DNA from: Candidatus Dormiibacterota bacterium
Lineage (GTDB): Bacteria > Chloroflexota > Dormibacteria > Aeolococcales > Aeolococcaceae
Reading direction: 5' to 3'
Assembly: GCA_019245575.1 (NCBI GenBank)
Contig: JAFARE010000013.1
Coordinates: forward strand, 10,580 to 74,579
DNA: 64,000 nucleotides
The notes beneath the pieces were generated by a model. The model ran no database searches. It saw nothing but the letters and a program-made list of their open reading frames with translations, and was not told the DNA's origin. The position numbers were made by a program, and so were the translations under genes. This document shows, in pieces, positions 1 to 9,733 of the stretch. How positions within the stretch are numbered: position 1 is the first letter of the stretch; each line of letters starts with the position of its first letter.

Positions 1-2
1 TG

Positions 3-194
3 CTCGACGATGGTGTTGAGGACACTTTCCTCCAACTCCACCACCTCCCGGTATATGCGCCGCCATAGACGCGCCTCATCCAACGAGGACTCTCCTACGG
101 GGTTCTCGCCGTTCAGCGGCACATCTCTGTCGACGCTGCGGAGGAGAACCTCGAACGATTCGGAGCCGATCCGCTTCCCTTCGTCTGCTGCCAT
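3..194 (-). CDS. Hypothetical helical protein, runs off left edge; apparent paralog of 345-623
   Basis: Manual translation MAADEGKRIGSESFEVLLRSVDRDVPLNGENPVGESSLDEARLWRRIYREVVELEESVLNTIVE...; shares L.GE.P....L..A..W...Y.E with the next ORF. Confidence 0.7.
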   Translation of the reverse strand, partial: MAADEGKRIGSESFEVLLRSVDRDVPLNGENPVGESSLDEARLWRRIYREVVELEESVLNTIVE

Positions 195-344
195 GCCTAG
201 CAGGGAACCACACCCGACATAAGAGATTCCGCAAAGGCGATGCGCTCATCATGAAGGCGCGTCCACTCGGAGCGCCCCGGCATCGCGAACTCCCCAGGTG
301 GATCTTTGCGGAAGTCTTTGCGTTTCTGCCACTACGCTGGGGGC

Positions 345-623
345 GTGCAGCCAGCTCCCTTCGATGCCGATCAGGCGCTGCCGGGTGAAGACCCGCTGAC
401 CACCTATCTCGAGGATGCGATTCACTGGATCCACGTCTACGAGGAGCTGCTGGGCTTCAAGCGACACGTCATCGGGAGCGCTGATGAGGTTCTGGAGCAG
501 GCATCCCCCGAGGTAGCGCGAGAGGGGAATGCTGACAAGGATTTGCTCCGAGCGCAGGCTCAACGGTATGAGAAGCGCTTGGAGTTCTGGCGGTCTCGCG
601 CCCGGGAATTGAGCGTCGGCTGA
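345..623 (+). CDS. Small hypothetical helical protein
   Basis: ORF 306-623; probable GTG start at 345, 6 nt after TACGCT (333-338); DQALPGEDPLTTYLEDAIHWIHVYEELL...RLEFWRSR. Confidence 0.75.
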   Translation: MQPAPFDADQALPGEDPLTTYLEDAIHWIHVYEELLGFKRHVIGSADEVLEQASPEVAREGNADKDLLRAQAQRYEKRLEFWRSRARELSVG

Positions 624-693
624 CGGCCAGCGCGTCCCCGGCCGGTCGTCATGACGACTACCACCGGCCTGCTGGTGAGCGGAGGTCGGCGGT

Positions 694-2655
694 TCAATCC
701 CGTCCTTGGGCCGTCCACCGCTCGTAGAGCTCTGCCAGCGCGCCTTCCACTCGGTCGTGCTCGCGTCCCAGGGCCGATGCGCGCTCACGGTCCGCAAATG
801 TCGTCGGCTCGAGCAGTTGCGCACGCAGACCTGCGAGCTGCTGCTCAGCGTCGGCGATCTGCCTCTCCAGCACGCGGACGACCTCGCGCGCCCGTGGGGT
901 GTCCAGAGCCGGGGACGGGCCCTGCGGCGGTGCCCTGCGGGCATCCCCGCTCGAAGATCCGTCGCCGTTCGCGATACCGGCGCCGGCAGACGACGTCGCG
1001 CGCCGCACGTCGCGTGCGCGCTCATGGAGCAGGTCGGTGTAGCCGCCCAGGACCTCGCGCACCGTAAACGCGGGCGCCTCGGGGGCGGCGCCCTGAGCCG
1101 GCTCGAGCGCCCAGGTGCGCGTGGCCACCGCATCGATGAGGGCGCGATCGTGCGTCACGAGGATCATGGCTCCGTCGTAGCGCTTCAGCGCCGCCTCGAG
1201 CACCTCCTGGGCTGGGATGTCCAGGTGATTGGTGGGCTCGTCCAGCAGCAGCAGATTGGTCTCCTCGAGCGCGAGCTTTCCCATCATCCGTCGCGCCCGC
1301 TCGCCACCGCTCAGGTCGCCGACGCGTTTCAACGCCTCGTCCTTGCTGAACAGCAGTGCTCCCAACAGGTTGCGTCCGCGTTCCGCGCTCACCTCGTGTG
1401 TCGCCATGAGATCTTCGAGCACGGTGCGGGCCGCGTCGCTTGCCGGCACATCCGCGAGTCCGTGGTCGGCGCTGACGCCCAGATCCTGTCTGTAGAGACG
1501 GCAGACCGTGCGTGGGCCGAGCGCCACTCGCCCAGCACGCGGCGCGATGTCACCGGCCAGCGTGTGCAGCAGCGTCGACTTCCCGCTGCCGTTGGCGCCG
1601 ACGACGGCGATGCGCTCCCCGGGCACGATGGTGGTCGGGGGCAGTTGCAGCAAGGGACGGTCGCGGCCCACGACCAGCTGGGCGGCCTTGAGGATGACGT
1701 TCGAGTGAGGGGCGACGGCGAAACGCAGACGCGGACGCCGATCTCGCGCCGGCGGCGCCACCCGCTCGAGCCGGTCCAACTGCGTTTGCCGGCCTCGCGC
1801 TTCGCGCGCTCTCTGCCCGGCGCGATATCGCCGGATGAAATCCTCCTGGTGGGCGATGTGGGCCTGTTGCGCCTCGTACTCTCGGAGGCGCCGTGCCCGT
1901 CGCTCGACGCGGAGGCGCACGTAGTGCGTGTACGAGCCCGGGTAGATGTCGGCCCTGCCGTCAGCGAGCTCGAGGACGCGTGTGCAGACATTGTCGAGGA
2001 AGCGGCGATCGTGCGAGACGAGCACGAAGGCAGTCGTCACCTCTCGCATGAAGCCTTCCAGCCACTCAATCGAAGCGAGGTCGAGATGGTTGGTCGGCTC
2101 GTCGATGAGCAAGAGATCGGCGTCCTGCACCAGGAGCTTGGCCAGCTCAAGCCGCCGTTTCTGGCCGCCGCTGAGGGCGGCTGGATGCCGGTCGACCACC
2201 GAGCCGAGGTCGAGCCCGCCGAGAGCCTCCCGCGCGCGCACCTCGAGCTCATAGCCGCCCGCGTCCTGATAGGCGTGCTGCAGCGTGCCGTAGCGCTCCA
2301 TGACGGTGGCGATCTCAGCATCACCGCCGCTCATCGCCTGCTCGAGGTGCGTCATCTCGGCGTGCATCGCGACCAGGTCGCCGCGCGACGCCATGACCTC
2401 CTCGAGGACCGTGTCGGCCGACGGTGCCGGCGCGTCCTGCGGGAGGTATCCGATGCGAAGGCCGCGCGCGCGCTCGATGGTGCCCGTGGTCGCAACGCCG
2501 GAGCCGACGATCAGGTTCAGGAGCGACGTCTTACCGGACCCGTTCGCCCCGACCAGCGCCAGGCGGTCGCGTGCTTCGATGCGCACGTCGACGCCCGAGA
2601 AGATCGTGACAGCGCCAAATGCGAGACCGACGTCCTCGCACACAACGAGTGACAC
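694..2655 (-). CDS. ABC-F family ATP-binding protein (Uup/YheS-like)
   Basis: Two ABC domains (GANGSGKT/LSGGQ/IDEPTNHLD and GANGSGKS/LSGGE/LDEPTNHLD), no TM, C-terminal coiled coil; GTG 2655 preceded by TACAAT. Confidence 0.93.
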   Translation of the reverse strand: MSLVVCEDVGLAFGAVTIFSGVDVRIEARDRLALVGANGSGKTSLLNLIVGSGVATTGTIERARGLRIGYLPQDAPAPSADTVLEEVMASRGDLVAMHAEMTHLEQAMSGGDAEIATVMERYGTLQHAYQDAGGYELEVRAREALGGLDLGSVVDRHPAALSGGQKRRLELAKLLVQDADLLLIDEPTNHLDLASIEWLEGFMREVTTAFVLVSHDRRFLDNVCTRVLELADGRADIYPGSYTHYVRLRVERRARRLREYEAQQAHIAHQEDFIRRYRAGQRAREARGRQTQLDRLERVAPPARDRRPRLRFAVAPHSNVILKAAQLVVGRDRPLLQLPPTTIVPGERIAVVGANGSGKSTLLHTLAGDIAPRAGRVALGPRTVCRLYRQDLGVSADHGLADVPASDAARTVLEDLMATHEVSAERGRNLLGALLFSKDEALKRVGDLSGGERARRMMGKLALEETNLLLLDEPTNHLDIPAQEVLEAALKRYDGAMILVTHDRALIDAVATRTWALEPAQGAAPEAPAFTVREVLGGYTDLLHERARDVRRATSSAGAGIANGDGSSSGDARRAPPQGPSPALDTPRAREVVRVLERQIADAEQQLAGLRAQLLEPTTFADRERASALGREHDRVEGALAELYERWTAQGRD

Positions 2656-2749
2656 GCGCCATTGTAGACACGCGCTGAAATGCGGGCCGCGCGGCCGGGA
2701 GTCCGCCTCCGGTACCCTGCAGGAGAGGGGAGATGCAGCGGGAGCGAGC

Positions 2750-2989
2750 GTGAAACTGATCGGGCGATACCTGTCCTTGGTCCTGTGGTTCGGCATTCGA
2801 GGAGGGTGGATCTACTACGTCGTCCTCGGTGCCTACGCAGCGCTCGTTGCCACTGGAATCTGGCTCCTGTCGCGGCCGGGATGGCTGCCGATCATGGGCG
2901 GGCTCGTGGTGCTGCTCGACGGCCTGACGCTCGTGCTGTTGGGTCTCCACCATTGGCTGAACCGGACGTTGCGACAGGAAGGACGATGA
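2750..2989 (+). CDS. Small membrane protein (79 aa)
   Basis: MKLIGRYLSLVLWFG...; two hydrophobic helices; GGAG upstream; stop overlaps next start (ATGA). Confidence 0.65.
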   Translation: MKLIGRYLSLVLWFGIRGGWIYYVVLGAYAALVATGIWLLSRPGWLPIMGGLVVLLDGLTLVLLGLHHWLNRTLRQEGR

Positions 2990-4455
2990 ACCCAGCGTTG
3001 CACGGCGATGCCCCGCTCCTGGATGCGCTCGGACGCATGCTCGAGTCGCCGCCGAGCCCGTTTGGCATTCCCGGGCACAAGCTGGACAAGGGGATCGACC
3101 CGGCAGTCCGCAGCATCCTCGGCGAGCGAGTCTTCGCCTGCGACGTCTCCCTCGACGGTCAGCTCGACGATCGGTTGGCGACGCATGGCTACGACAAGCG
3201 CGCCGAAGAATTGATCGCGGATGCTATATCCGCGGACGAGGTCTTGCTCTCCACCAACGGAAGCACGCTCGCCGCGGAGGCAGCAATCCTCGGCATGGCC
3301 GGGCCTGGCGACACAATCCTGATGACGCGCGGCATGCACAAGAGCGCTGTGTCGGCGCTCATCCTGGGCGGGGCCACGCCGGTCTTCCTCGACCCGGGCT
3401 ACGACGATGAGCAGCAGCTCTGGCACCCGGTGCCGGTGGCGACGCTCGAGGCCGCCGTTCGAGCGAATCCCAACGCGTGCGCCGCCTTCGTCGTCAGCCC
3501 GTCGTCATATGGATTCACGGCTGACATCGAGGGGCTGGCCGGCGTGTGCCACCGCGCTGGGATCCCTCTCATCGTGGATGAGGCGTGGGGCGTACATCTC
3601 GCGTTCAGTGAACGGCTGCCCGTCTCAGCGCTCGCCGCGGGGGCCGATGTGGCCGTGACCAGCATGCACAAGCAGGGGACAGGCTTGATGCAGGGCTCCA
3701 TCATCGGCATCCGCAAGGGACGCGTCGACGTGATCAGGCTGCAGCAGGCGGTCGCGATGCTGGAGTCCTCGAGCACGTCAATGCTCATCCTCGCGGCGGT
3801 TGACGGCGCGCGGCGGCAGTTCGCGCTCCGCGGCGAGCAGCTGCTCTCACACGCCGTGGACCTGGCCATGTCGCTGCGCGACGGCGCCGCCCACATCGAG
3901 GGGTTGCGCGTCCTCGGCGACGAGATGGTCGGCCGGCCCGGCGTGCACGCCTTCGATCCGACCAAGGTCGTCATCGACGTCAGTGGCCTCGACGTCAGCG
4001 CATTCGCCGTCATCGACTGGTTGCTCGAGCAGCACCGCATGCCGTGCGAGATGGCCGATGACCGGCATCTCGTCGCGATGGTCACGGTGGCCGACGACGA
4101 CCGAAGCATTGGGCGGCTCGTCGACGCCCTTGCCGAGCTCCCGCGCGCGGCCGCCGCGCTGCGCGGTGCCAAGCGCATGACCGTGCCCGCTCCACAGGCG
4201 CTTCGGACAGAGCTCGCCATGAGCCCTCGCGAGGCGTACTTTGACGGCCGACGACCTGTCTCGCTGCAGGAGGCGGCCGGGTCGATCGCCGCCGAAACGG
4301 CGGTGCCATACCCGCCCGGCATCCCCGCGATCCTGCCCGGCGAGGTGTGGACGGAAGCCCTCATCGACTTCCTCAAGTCCGGCGTCGACTGCGGTATGAA
4401 GGTGGCGGACGCGGCCGATCCGAAGCTGGGCACCGTGCTTGTGGTGGATCGCTGA
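2986..4455 (+). CDS. Orn/Lys/Arg decarboxylase (PLP-dependent, group III)
   Basis: IPGHK, TNGST, VDEAWG, SMHK PLP lysine, PYPPGIP C-terminal domain. Confidence 0.9.
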   Translation: MNPALHGDAPLLDALGRMLESPPSPFGIPGHKLDKGIDPAVRSILGERVFACDVSLDGQLDDRLATHGYDKRAEELIADAISADEVLLSTNGSTLAAEAAILGMAGPGDTILMTRGMHKSAVSALILGGATPVFLDPGYDDEQQLWHPVPVATLEAAVRANPNACAAFVVSPSSYGFTADIEGLAGVCHRAGIPLIVDEAWGVHLAFSERLPVSALAAGADVAVTSMHKQGTGLMQGSIIGIRKGRVDVIRLQQAVAMLESSSTSMLILAAVDGARRQFALRGEQLLSHAVDLAMSLRDGAAHIEGLRVLGDEMVGRPGVHAFDPTKVVIDVSGLDVSAFAVIDWLLEQHRMPCEMADDRHLVAMVTVADDDRSIGRLVDALAELPRAAAALRGAKRMTVPAPQALRTELAMSPREAYFDGRRPVSLQEAAGSIAAETAVPYPPGIPAILPGEVWTEALIDFLKSGVDCGMKVADAADPKLGTVLVVDR

Positions 4456-4486
4456 CCTCCGTACGCACGTTCGGCACCTAGGACCG

Positions 4487-4516
4487 TTGACAGTCGGAGC
4501 GATCGAAGCGTATACC
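4487..4516 (+). promoter_or_regulatory. Putative sigma70-type promoter for the 4675 gene
   Basis: TTGACA (4487-4492), 18 nt spacer, TATACC (4511-4516); imperfect -10. Confidence 0.45.
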
Positions 4517-4674
4517 TGACAGCCGCTCGGTACCGTTCTGGGCAGGCGACGTCGGTAAGGAATGTGAGGAGGTGCGTATCGCGCACGAGTAGACGGCTGA
4601 CACCGCAAGGGGGGTCTCAGCAACGTCAGGCCGGACGCTCCGGACTGAAGATCGTCAGATTGAGGTAGATCAGG

Positions 4675-6411
4675 TTGAGACGACTACGAGTTGTGTTGAC
4701 AGCTGTCGCGACGGGCGGCGCCGCGCTGGCATCGGTCGGTGCCTTTACGCACACGGCCACCGCCAGCAGCGGTGGGTGGGGTCCGCTCTCCTGCGGCAAC
4801 AACCTCCGCCTCTGTACCGAGGTCGAGGACGACAAAACGGCGTTCGGCTGGTACGTCGGCCACGATGAGCCGTCGGTGCTGTTCTATTCGACCGAAGCGG
4901 GCTCGGGCAATCACATGCAGTACAACATGAAACTGCCGGTGCAGCCCGCGGGTTCCTTCAACGACAACAAGGGATACACGGGCGAGACCACACCGGCATA
5001 CTGGTTCGGCATGGCGATGTGCGCCAGCGAGTCCTATCCCGAGCAGAACAACCACAACACCAACCACGGCGTGTCCGGCAGCGCCGGCCCCGCGTGCACG
5101 CCGGACAGCGACACGAACATCATCGATCCGACGGTGTCGGGCAGCTATAAGAACGCTCCCGGTGTGGCGTACATGGAGCTGCAGTTCTACCCGCCGGGTT
5201 TCGCCTCCCAGTTCGCCGATGACAGCTGCGACGCCACCAAGTGGTGCGCCGCGCTCACCATCGACAGCCTGGCCGAGGACCCGATCAACGGGACCATGCT
5301 CAACTCGTCGTGCGTCGGGCAGGTCGGCGGATCCATCGAGTACGTGAACTTCGCCTACCTGACCATGAGCGGCACGCCGATCGGACCGCCGAACCCGAAG
5401 GACTTCCAGTTCATCGGCTCGGGTGATCCCAAGAGCAGCCCCGACACCTTCTACATGAACGGGAACGACAACCTGACGGTGTCGCTCACGGACACAGCGA
5501 ACGGTCTCAAGACGACCGTGGTGGACAACACGACGCACCAGACCGGTTCGATGACCGCGAGCGCGTCCAACCACTTCGGCCAGATCCTCTACGACCCGAG
5601 TGGCACCAGCTGCACCGAGCAGGACTACACGTTCCACCCGATGTACTCCACGTCGCAGCCGAGCACCCGCGTCCTCTGGGCGGCGCATAGCTACAACACC
5701 GCCTTCGATGCAGAGACCGGACACTTCGACTTCTGCACGCAGGTGGACGCGAACACCTCGACGTGCACCGGCAAGGAGGGGCCACCCGGAGACCAGGAGC
5801 CCGTCAGCAACGACGTCAGCAACGGCACGTATGACGACCAGGGATGCTTCTCGATGGCGGAGAACACGAACCCGAACTACATCCCGCCGAGCAACCAGCC
5901 TCAGGCGTACTGCGTGGCCACGAACGACCCCGGCTTCGACGGGACCTCGTACCACAGCAAGTATTGGCCGAACGGCAGTGACGACCGGGCAAGCTCTGTC
6001 CTGTTCAGCAGCCCGCTGACCGGGACAGGATCCGGTTACACCGATCCGTTCCCACAAGCTGCGCTCGAGACCGACCTGCCGCGCATCGAGACCGGCAATC
6101 CGCAGCAGAACTGCCTGCGCACGACCGGCGCCGGCTGCACGCTGATCCCGGTCACCGATGATGGCACCCCGGCCAACTTCTATCCGTTCTTCTCGATCGT
6201 CGAGGCCGGCGGCCAGGGAAAGAGCACCGCGTGCGACTGGGGTATCGGCAACAAGCTGCCGGAGAGCATCAAGAACAGCCACGTGCCTCCCAGCGTCAAC
6301 CAGTACGGCACGGCACTGTTCCTCAACTACTGGCTGTACGGTGGCCACGGCTCCATCTCGGCGAATCACTACAACGACTTCAACAGCGGGGCGTTCACCA
6401 ACCCCTGCTGA
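4675..6411 (+). CDS. Secreted cysteine-rich hypothetical protein
   Basis: TTG start after GAGG; signal peptide; strong GC3 codon bias; many Cys; GHDEPSVLFYS and MELQFYPPG segments. Confidence 0.85.
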   Translation: MRRLRVVLTAVATGGAALASVGAFTHTATASSGGWGPLSCGNNLRLCTEVEDDKTAFGWYVGHDEPSVLFYSTEAGSGNHMQYNMKLPVQPAGSFNDNKGYTGETTPAYWFGMAMCASESYPEQNNHNTNHGVSGSAGPACTPDSDTNIIDPTVSGSYKNAPGVAYMELQFYPPGFASQFADDSCDATKWCAALTIDSLAEDPINGTMLNSSCVGQVGGSIEYVNFAYLTMSGTPIGPPNPKDFQFIGSGDPKSSPDTFYMNGNDNLTVSLTDTANGLKTTVVDNTTHQTGSMTASASNHFGQILYDPSGTSCTEQDYTFHPMYSTSQPSTRVLWAAHSYNTAFDAETGHFDFCTQVDANTSTCTGKEGPPGDQEPVSNDVSNGTYDDQGCFSMAENTNPNYIPPSNQPQAYCVATNDPGFDGTSYHSKYWPNGSDDRASSVLFSSPLTGTGSGYTDPFPQAALETDLPRIETGNPQQNCLRTTGAGCTLIPVTDDGTPANFYPFFSIVEAGGQGKSTACDWGIGNKLPESIKNSHVPPSVNQYGTALFLNYWLYGGHGSISANHYNDFNSGAFTNPC

Positions 6412-6435
6412 GCCATCACTTCGTCTGAGCCAATC

Positions 6436-6470
6436 GAGGGCGGTCCCCGCTGGGACCGCCCTCTTCTTCT
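6436..6470 (+). terminator. Intrinsic terminator
   Basis: GAGGGCGGTCCC-CGCT-GGGACCGCCCTC 12-bp stem followed by TTCTTCT. Confidence 0.8.
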
Positions 6471-6500
6471 CTGGAGCCCCGTGCCGCACACTGCGGCACG

Positions 6501-7094
6501 ATGCACATGAGCCTCTCCGACGTCGCGGCAATCCCGACGCACCCCAGCTCGTACGCGTGCATCGACCTGGTCAACAGCCGATTCACCGACTACCTCGGCC
6601 GCGGCGTGCACGACCGGCTTCCCATGCAGCCGTGGCAGACATGGTTCCTTCGCCGCCATGGCCTGCGGGTCGGCCGCGGGGAACGAATGCCGCTGCAGGA
6701 GATGCGCCGCTTCCGCGATGAGCTGCGAGCCGTTCTCGACAAGTGGAGCGCCGGGCACCGTCTGACGGCAGCCGACCTCCGCCGGATGAACCACGCGATA
6801 GCGGCCGCGGAAGTCCGCCGCCGTGTTGTCCTGGACGGGGGTGTGCCCGAGCTGCACTTCGAACCCTCGACGCATGATTGGAGCTGGGTGATGGCGTCCG
6901 TCGCGAGCTCGGCGGTTGAGCTGATGGCGTCCAGTCCCCCGGAGCGGGTGAAGACATGCGCGAATCCTGATTGCAGCTGGATGTTCCACGACGAAACGCT
7001 CAACGCGTCCCGCCGGTTCTGCTCCGGTCAGCCGTGTGGCAACCTGATCCGGATCCGCGAGTTCCGAGACCGTCAGCGCCGCGGCCGGACCTGA
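6501..7094 (+). CDS. ABATE / CGNR zinc-finger protein
   Basis: N-terminal IDLVNS; C-terminal CANPDC...SRRFCSGQPCGN. Confidence 0.88.
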   Translation: MHMSLSDVAAIPTHPSSYACIDLVNSRFTDYLGRGVHDRLPMQPWQTWFLRRHGLRVGRGERMPLQEMRRFRDELRAVLDKWSAGHRLTAADLRRMNHAIAAAEVRRRVVLDGGVPELHFEPSTHDWSWVMASVASSAVELMASSPPERVKTCANPDCSWMFHDETLNASRRFCSGQPCGNLIRIREFRDRQRRGRT

Positions 7095-7107
7095 GGAGGG
7101 AGGCGAT

Positions 7108-7740
7108 TCACGGGCTGCACGTCCACGTGATGACGCCCGAGAGCTCGCTGTCCGAATCGCTGCTGTACCAATTGAGGGCGTTGACCACGCCGGAGCCGTC
7201 GGGATGGACGGTCACGCTGATCGTGGTGTCCGACGCAGCTCTGAACGCGTCCAGGAAGCCGCCATTCGATGTGTTTCCCTCGGTGACCACAGCGCCGCCC
7301 GTGACGTTGTGCCCCGTGCTGCTGTCGTATGTGCCGGCGCCCGTGTAGCCGGCCGTGACGGTGAGGTGCACGTAGACGCTCGGGTCGCCGTGCGTCTCGA
7401 CTTCCGGCAGCGCAAACTCGCCGTTCGAACCCAGCCGCCCCGCAGCGTAGTCGGCGCACGAATACCCCGCCGGAGCCGGAGTGGCGGAGCCGCCAAGCAC
7501 GATTTCGGGTCGCGCCGTGAACGCCCCGCTGACGGAGTATGCCCCCGTCACGCGAACGTGACCGCTGAGTGTGGGGCCCGGAAGCCTCAGCGATGCCGTT
7601 GCATGCGGCGACAGGTTGCTGCCGGCAGCGGCAGGCCCGCACGACGCCAGAGCCAGGGAGACGCTCGCGAGCGCAATCAGCGCTGCAGTGCTCGCCCGCC
7701 CGGCCCGGAGTCCGAGCAGTGGATGTCGCCCAAGGGGCAT
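7108..7740 (-). CDS. Putative lipoprotein of unknown function
   Basis: Lipobox LASC; YTGAGTY, VHPDGSG, C-terminal SGVITWTC; similar to 50561-51142; start approximate. Confidence 0.72.
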   Translation of the reverse strand: MPLGRHPLLGLRAGRASTAALIALASVSLALASCGPAAAGSNLSPHATASLRLPGPTLSGHVRVTGAYSVSGAFTARPEIVLGGSATPAPAGYSCADYAAGRLGSNGEFALPEVETHGDPSVYVHLTVTAGYTGAGTYDSSTGHNVTGGAVVTEGNTSNGGFLDAFRAASDTTISVTVHPDGSGVVNALNWYSSDSDSELSGVITWTCSP

Positions 7741-7797
7741 TGCGTCGCACAGTCTACGCGTAACGCTCGTTTGCCTCAAGCGAGCGTTACTACGGCC

Positions 7798-9702
7798 TCA
7801 GGAGCTGCCGGCGGTCGCCTGCACGGAGCGAATCAGCTCCGCGATGCTCCATGCCTGCGCAACGCATCCCCGCGGGGCGTAGGGCGGCTCGGCGTCGAAG
7901 ATCTCGTTCAGTTGCCCCGCGCACCCACCGTCGAGGGAGCCGATCAGATTCTGTGCCATCGCGCGAGCGGGCGACGGGTCCCTTCCCGCTCGGCGCAGAC
8001 TGTCGACGTACGGTCCGATCAACCACGGCCAGACCGTGCCCTGGTGGTAGGCGGCGTCGCGGGCGAGCCGGTCGCCGTCGTAGCGAGGCTTGTACGCCGG
8101 ATCGGCGGGAGAGAGGGTGCGCAGGCCGACGGGCGTGACCAGATGATTGTGGACCGCGTGCAGCACGCCGTCCCATCGTGCTTCGTCGAGAATGGGATGC
8201 TCGAGGGAGAGCGCGAACAGCTGGTTGGGCCGGCAGCTCGAATCGTCGCCTTCGTCGCCGTCGACCACATCATGGAGACAGCGTGCGGCTGGATTCCAGA
8301 AGCGCCGGTTGAATGACGTGCGGGCGAGTTCCGCGCGCGCCGCGAGCGCCCGCGAATCTGCCCTGTCGCCGAAGGTGCGCTCCCAATCCGCGAGCAGCTT
8401 CAGCGCGTTGTACCAGAGTGCCTGCAGCTCCACCGCCTTGCCGCGACGCGGCGTCACCACCCAGTCGCCGACCTTGGCGTCCATCCAGGTGAGGGGAACG
8501 CCGGCCGCGCCCTGGCTGAGGAGGCCGTCCGCCGGATCCACCCGGATGCTGAAGTCGGTGCCCTTCACATGCCACGCGACGACGTTGCGCAGCACGGGGA
8601 GCAGTTGCGCGACCATCGCCGCGTCGCCGGTCGTTGCTGCGTATCGATGCAGCGCGTGAAACATCCAGAGCGTCGCATCTGCCGTGTGGTACTCGGGCTC
8701 GCCGTGGTCCGGGAAATAGTTGGGGATGAGGCCACGGCGCACGTGACGCACCGCCTCCCGCAGGGTCGCCGCCGCTGCATCCCAGCGTCCTGTGCGCAAC
8801 GCCAGACCTTCCAGTCCGATCATGGTGTCGCGCCCCCACCGTCCGAACCAGTGGTACCCCGCGATCACACCGTCCGGGGCTGCGGCGCCTCCGGGGGTGC
8901 GCGTCACCAGGAACTGATCGGCAGCGAGCACGAGCTGCGGCGGCAGCGGCTCCCCGCTGTGGGCGGCGGCAGTGGCGAGAATTCGCTCGCGGCGCGCACG
9001 TTCGGGCGCAAGCGCGATGTGGTTCCGCTGCTGCGGTTCCATCGGGCCGGCGGACGTCAAGCATGCCGTGAAGACGGCGCCCGCCGGGGCGACCTCCATG
9101 TCGAAGTGTCCCGGCGACCACAGCCAACCCTTGGAGGGATAGCCGCGCTGCGCCTCCATCGGATACTCCTGCTCCGTGCCGTCCTCACCGGCGGCGAAAC
9201 GCCCGCCGCCGGCCCGCAACCGGACGGTCAGCTCGCCGCGTTCCCGCTCGAACACGCAGTCCACGCCGTCAACCGAGTGCTGCACGGCCGCGGGCGAGTG
9301 CATCTGGGTCACGTCATCCTCGAGCTCGCGCACGTCGAACCAGGGCCGCACACCAAGGGACACGGCGGTCGCGCGCTCCAGGACGCGGTAGTGCACCGCG
9401 ACGGCATTCTCCTGATGGCCCATCACCACGCGCCGCTCGACGGTCGTGTCCCCCTTGCGAAGCGTCCACACGGGGAGACCGAGCTCCAAGCGAAACCCGA
9501 GCAGCGCCGCGCCGTCGAACCCGTCGTCGAGGCGGCTCAGCACCACCGTCCTGTCGTCACCCTCGGCTGCCACGAGCAGGGCGTGATACCTGCGCGAGAG
9601 CGTCATCGCGACGGTGGCCGAGGCGAATCCGCCCAGGCCGTTGGTCACGAGCCACTCGAGAGGGCCCTGGCTTCCGGCGGAACGAGGGTTCACCATCTTC
9701 AT
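7798..9702 (-). CDS. Glycogen debranching enzyme / amylo-alpha-1,6-glucosidase (GDE_N + GDE_C)
   Basis: EWLVTNGLGGFAS, IAGYHWFGRWGRDTMI, LTWMDAK, YHQGTVWPW, GCVAQAWS. Confidence 0.92.
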   Translation of the reverse strand: MKMVNPRSAGSQGPLEWLVTNGLGGFASATVAMTLSRRYHALLVAAEGDDRTVVLSRLDDGFDGAALLGFRLELGLPVWTLRKGDTTVERRVVMGHQENAVAVHYRVLERATAVSLGVRPWFDVRELEDDVTQMHSPAAVQHSVDGVDCVFERERGELTVRLRAGGGRFAAGEDGTEQEYPMEAQRGYPSKGWLWSPGHFDMEVAPAGAVFTACLTSAGPMEPQQRNHIALAPERARRERILATAAAHSGEPLPPQLVLAADQFLVTRTPGGAAAPDGVIAGYHWFGRWGRDTMIGLEGLALRTGRWDAAAATLREAVRHVRRGLIPNYFPDHGEPEYHTADATLWMFHALHRYAATTGDAAMVAQLLPVLRNVVAWHVKGTDFSIRVDPADGLLSQGAAGVPLTWMDAKVGDWVVTPRRGKAVELQALWYNALKLLADWERTFGDRADSRALAARAELARTSFNRRFWNPAARCLHDVVDGDEGDDSSCRPNQLFALSLEHPILDEARWDGVLHAVHNHLVTPVGLRTLSPADPAYKPRYDGDRLARDAAYHQGTVWPWLIGPYVDSLRRAGRDPSPARAMAQNLIGSLDGGCAGQLNEIFDAEPPYAPRGCVAQAWSIAELIRSVQATAGSS

Positions 9703-9733
9703 GGTGCACCCATCGATCACCGTGGAGTGACCC

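Noticed and set aside
10-222. Plus-strand 70-aa ORF
   Set aside because: The minus-strand frame 3-194 shows similarity to the neighbouring protein and is the better call
706-2652. Long antisense and alternative-frame ORFs (e.g. 706-2652+, 4684-6531-, 28317-30023-, 46113-48329-)
   Set aside because: Shadow ORFs typical of high-GC DNA opposite well-supported genes; no recognisable motifs
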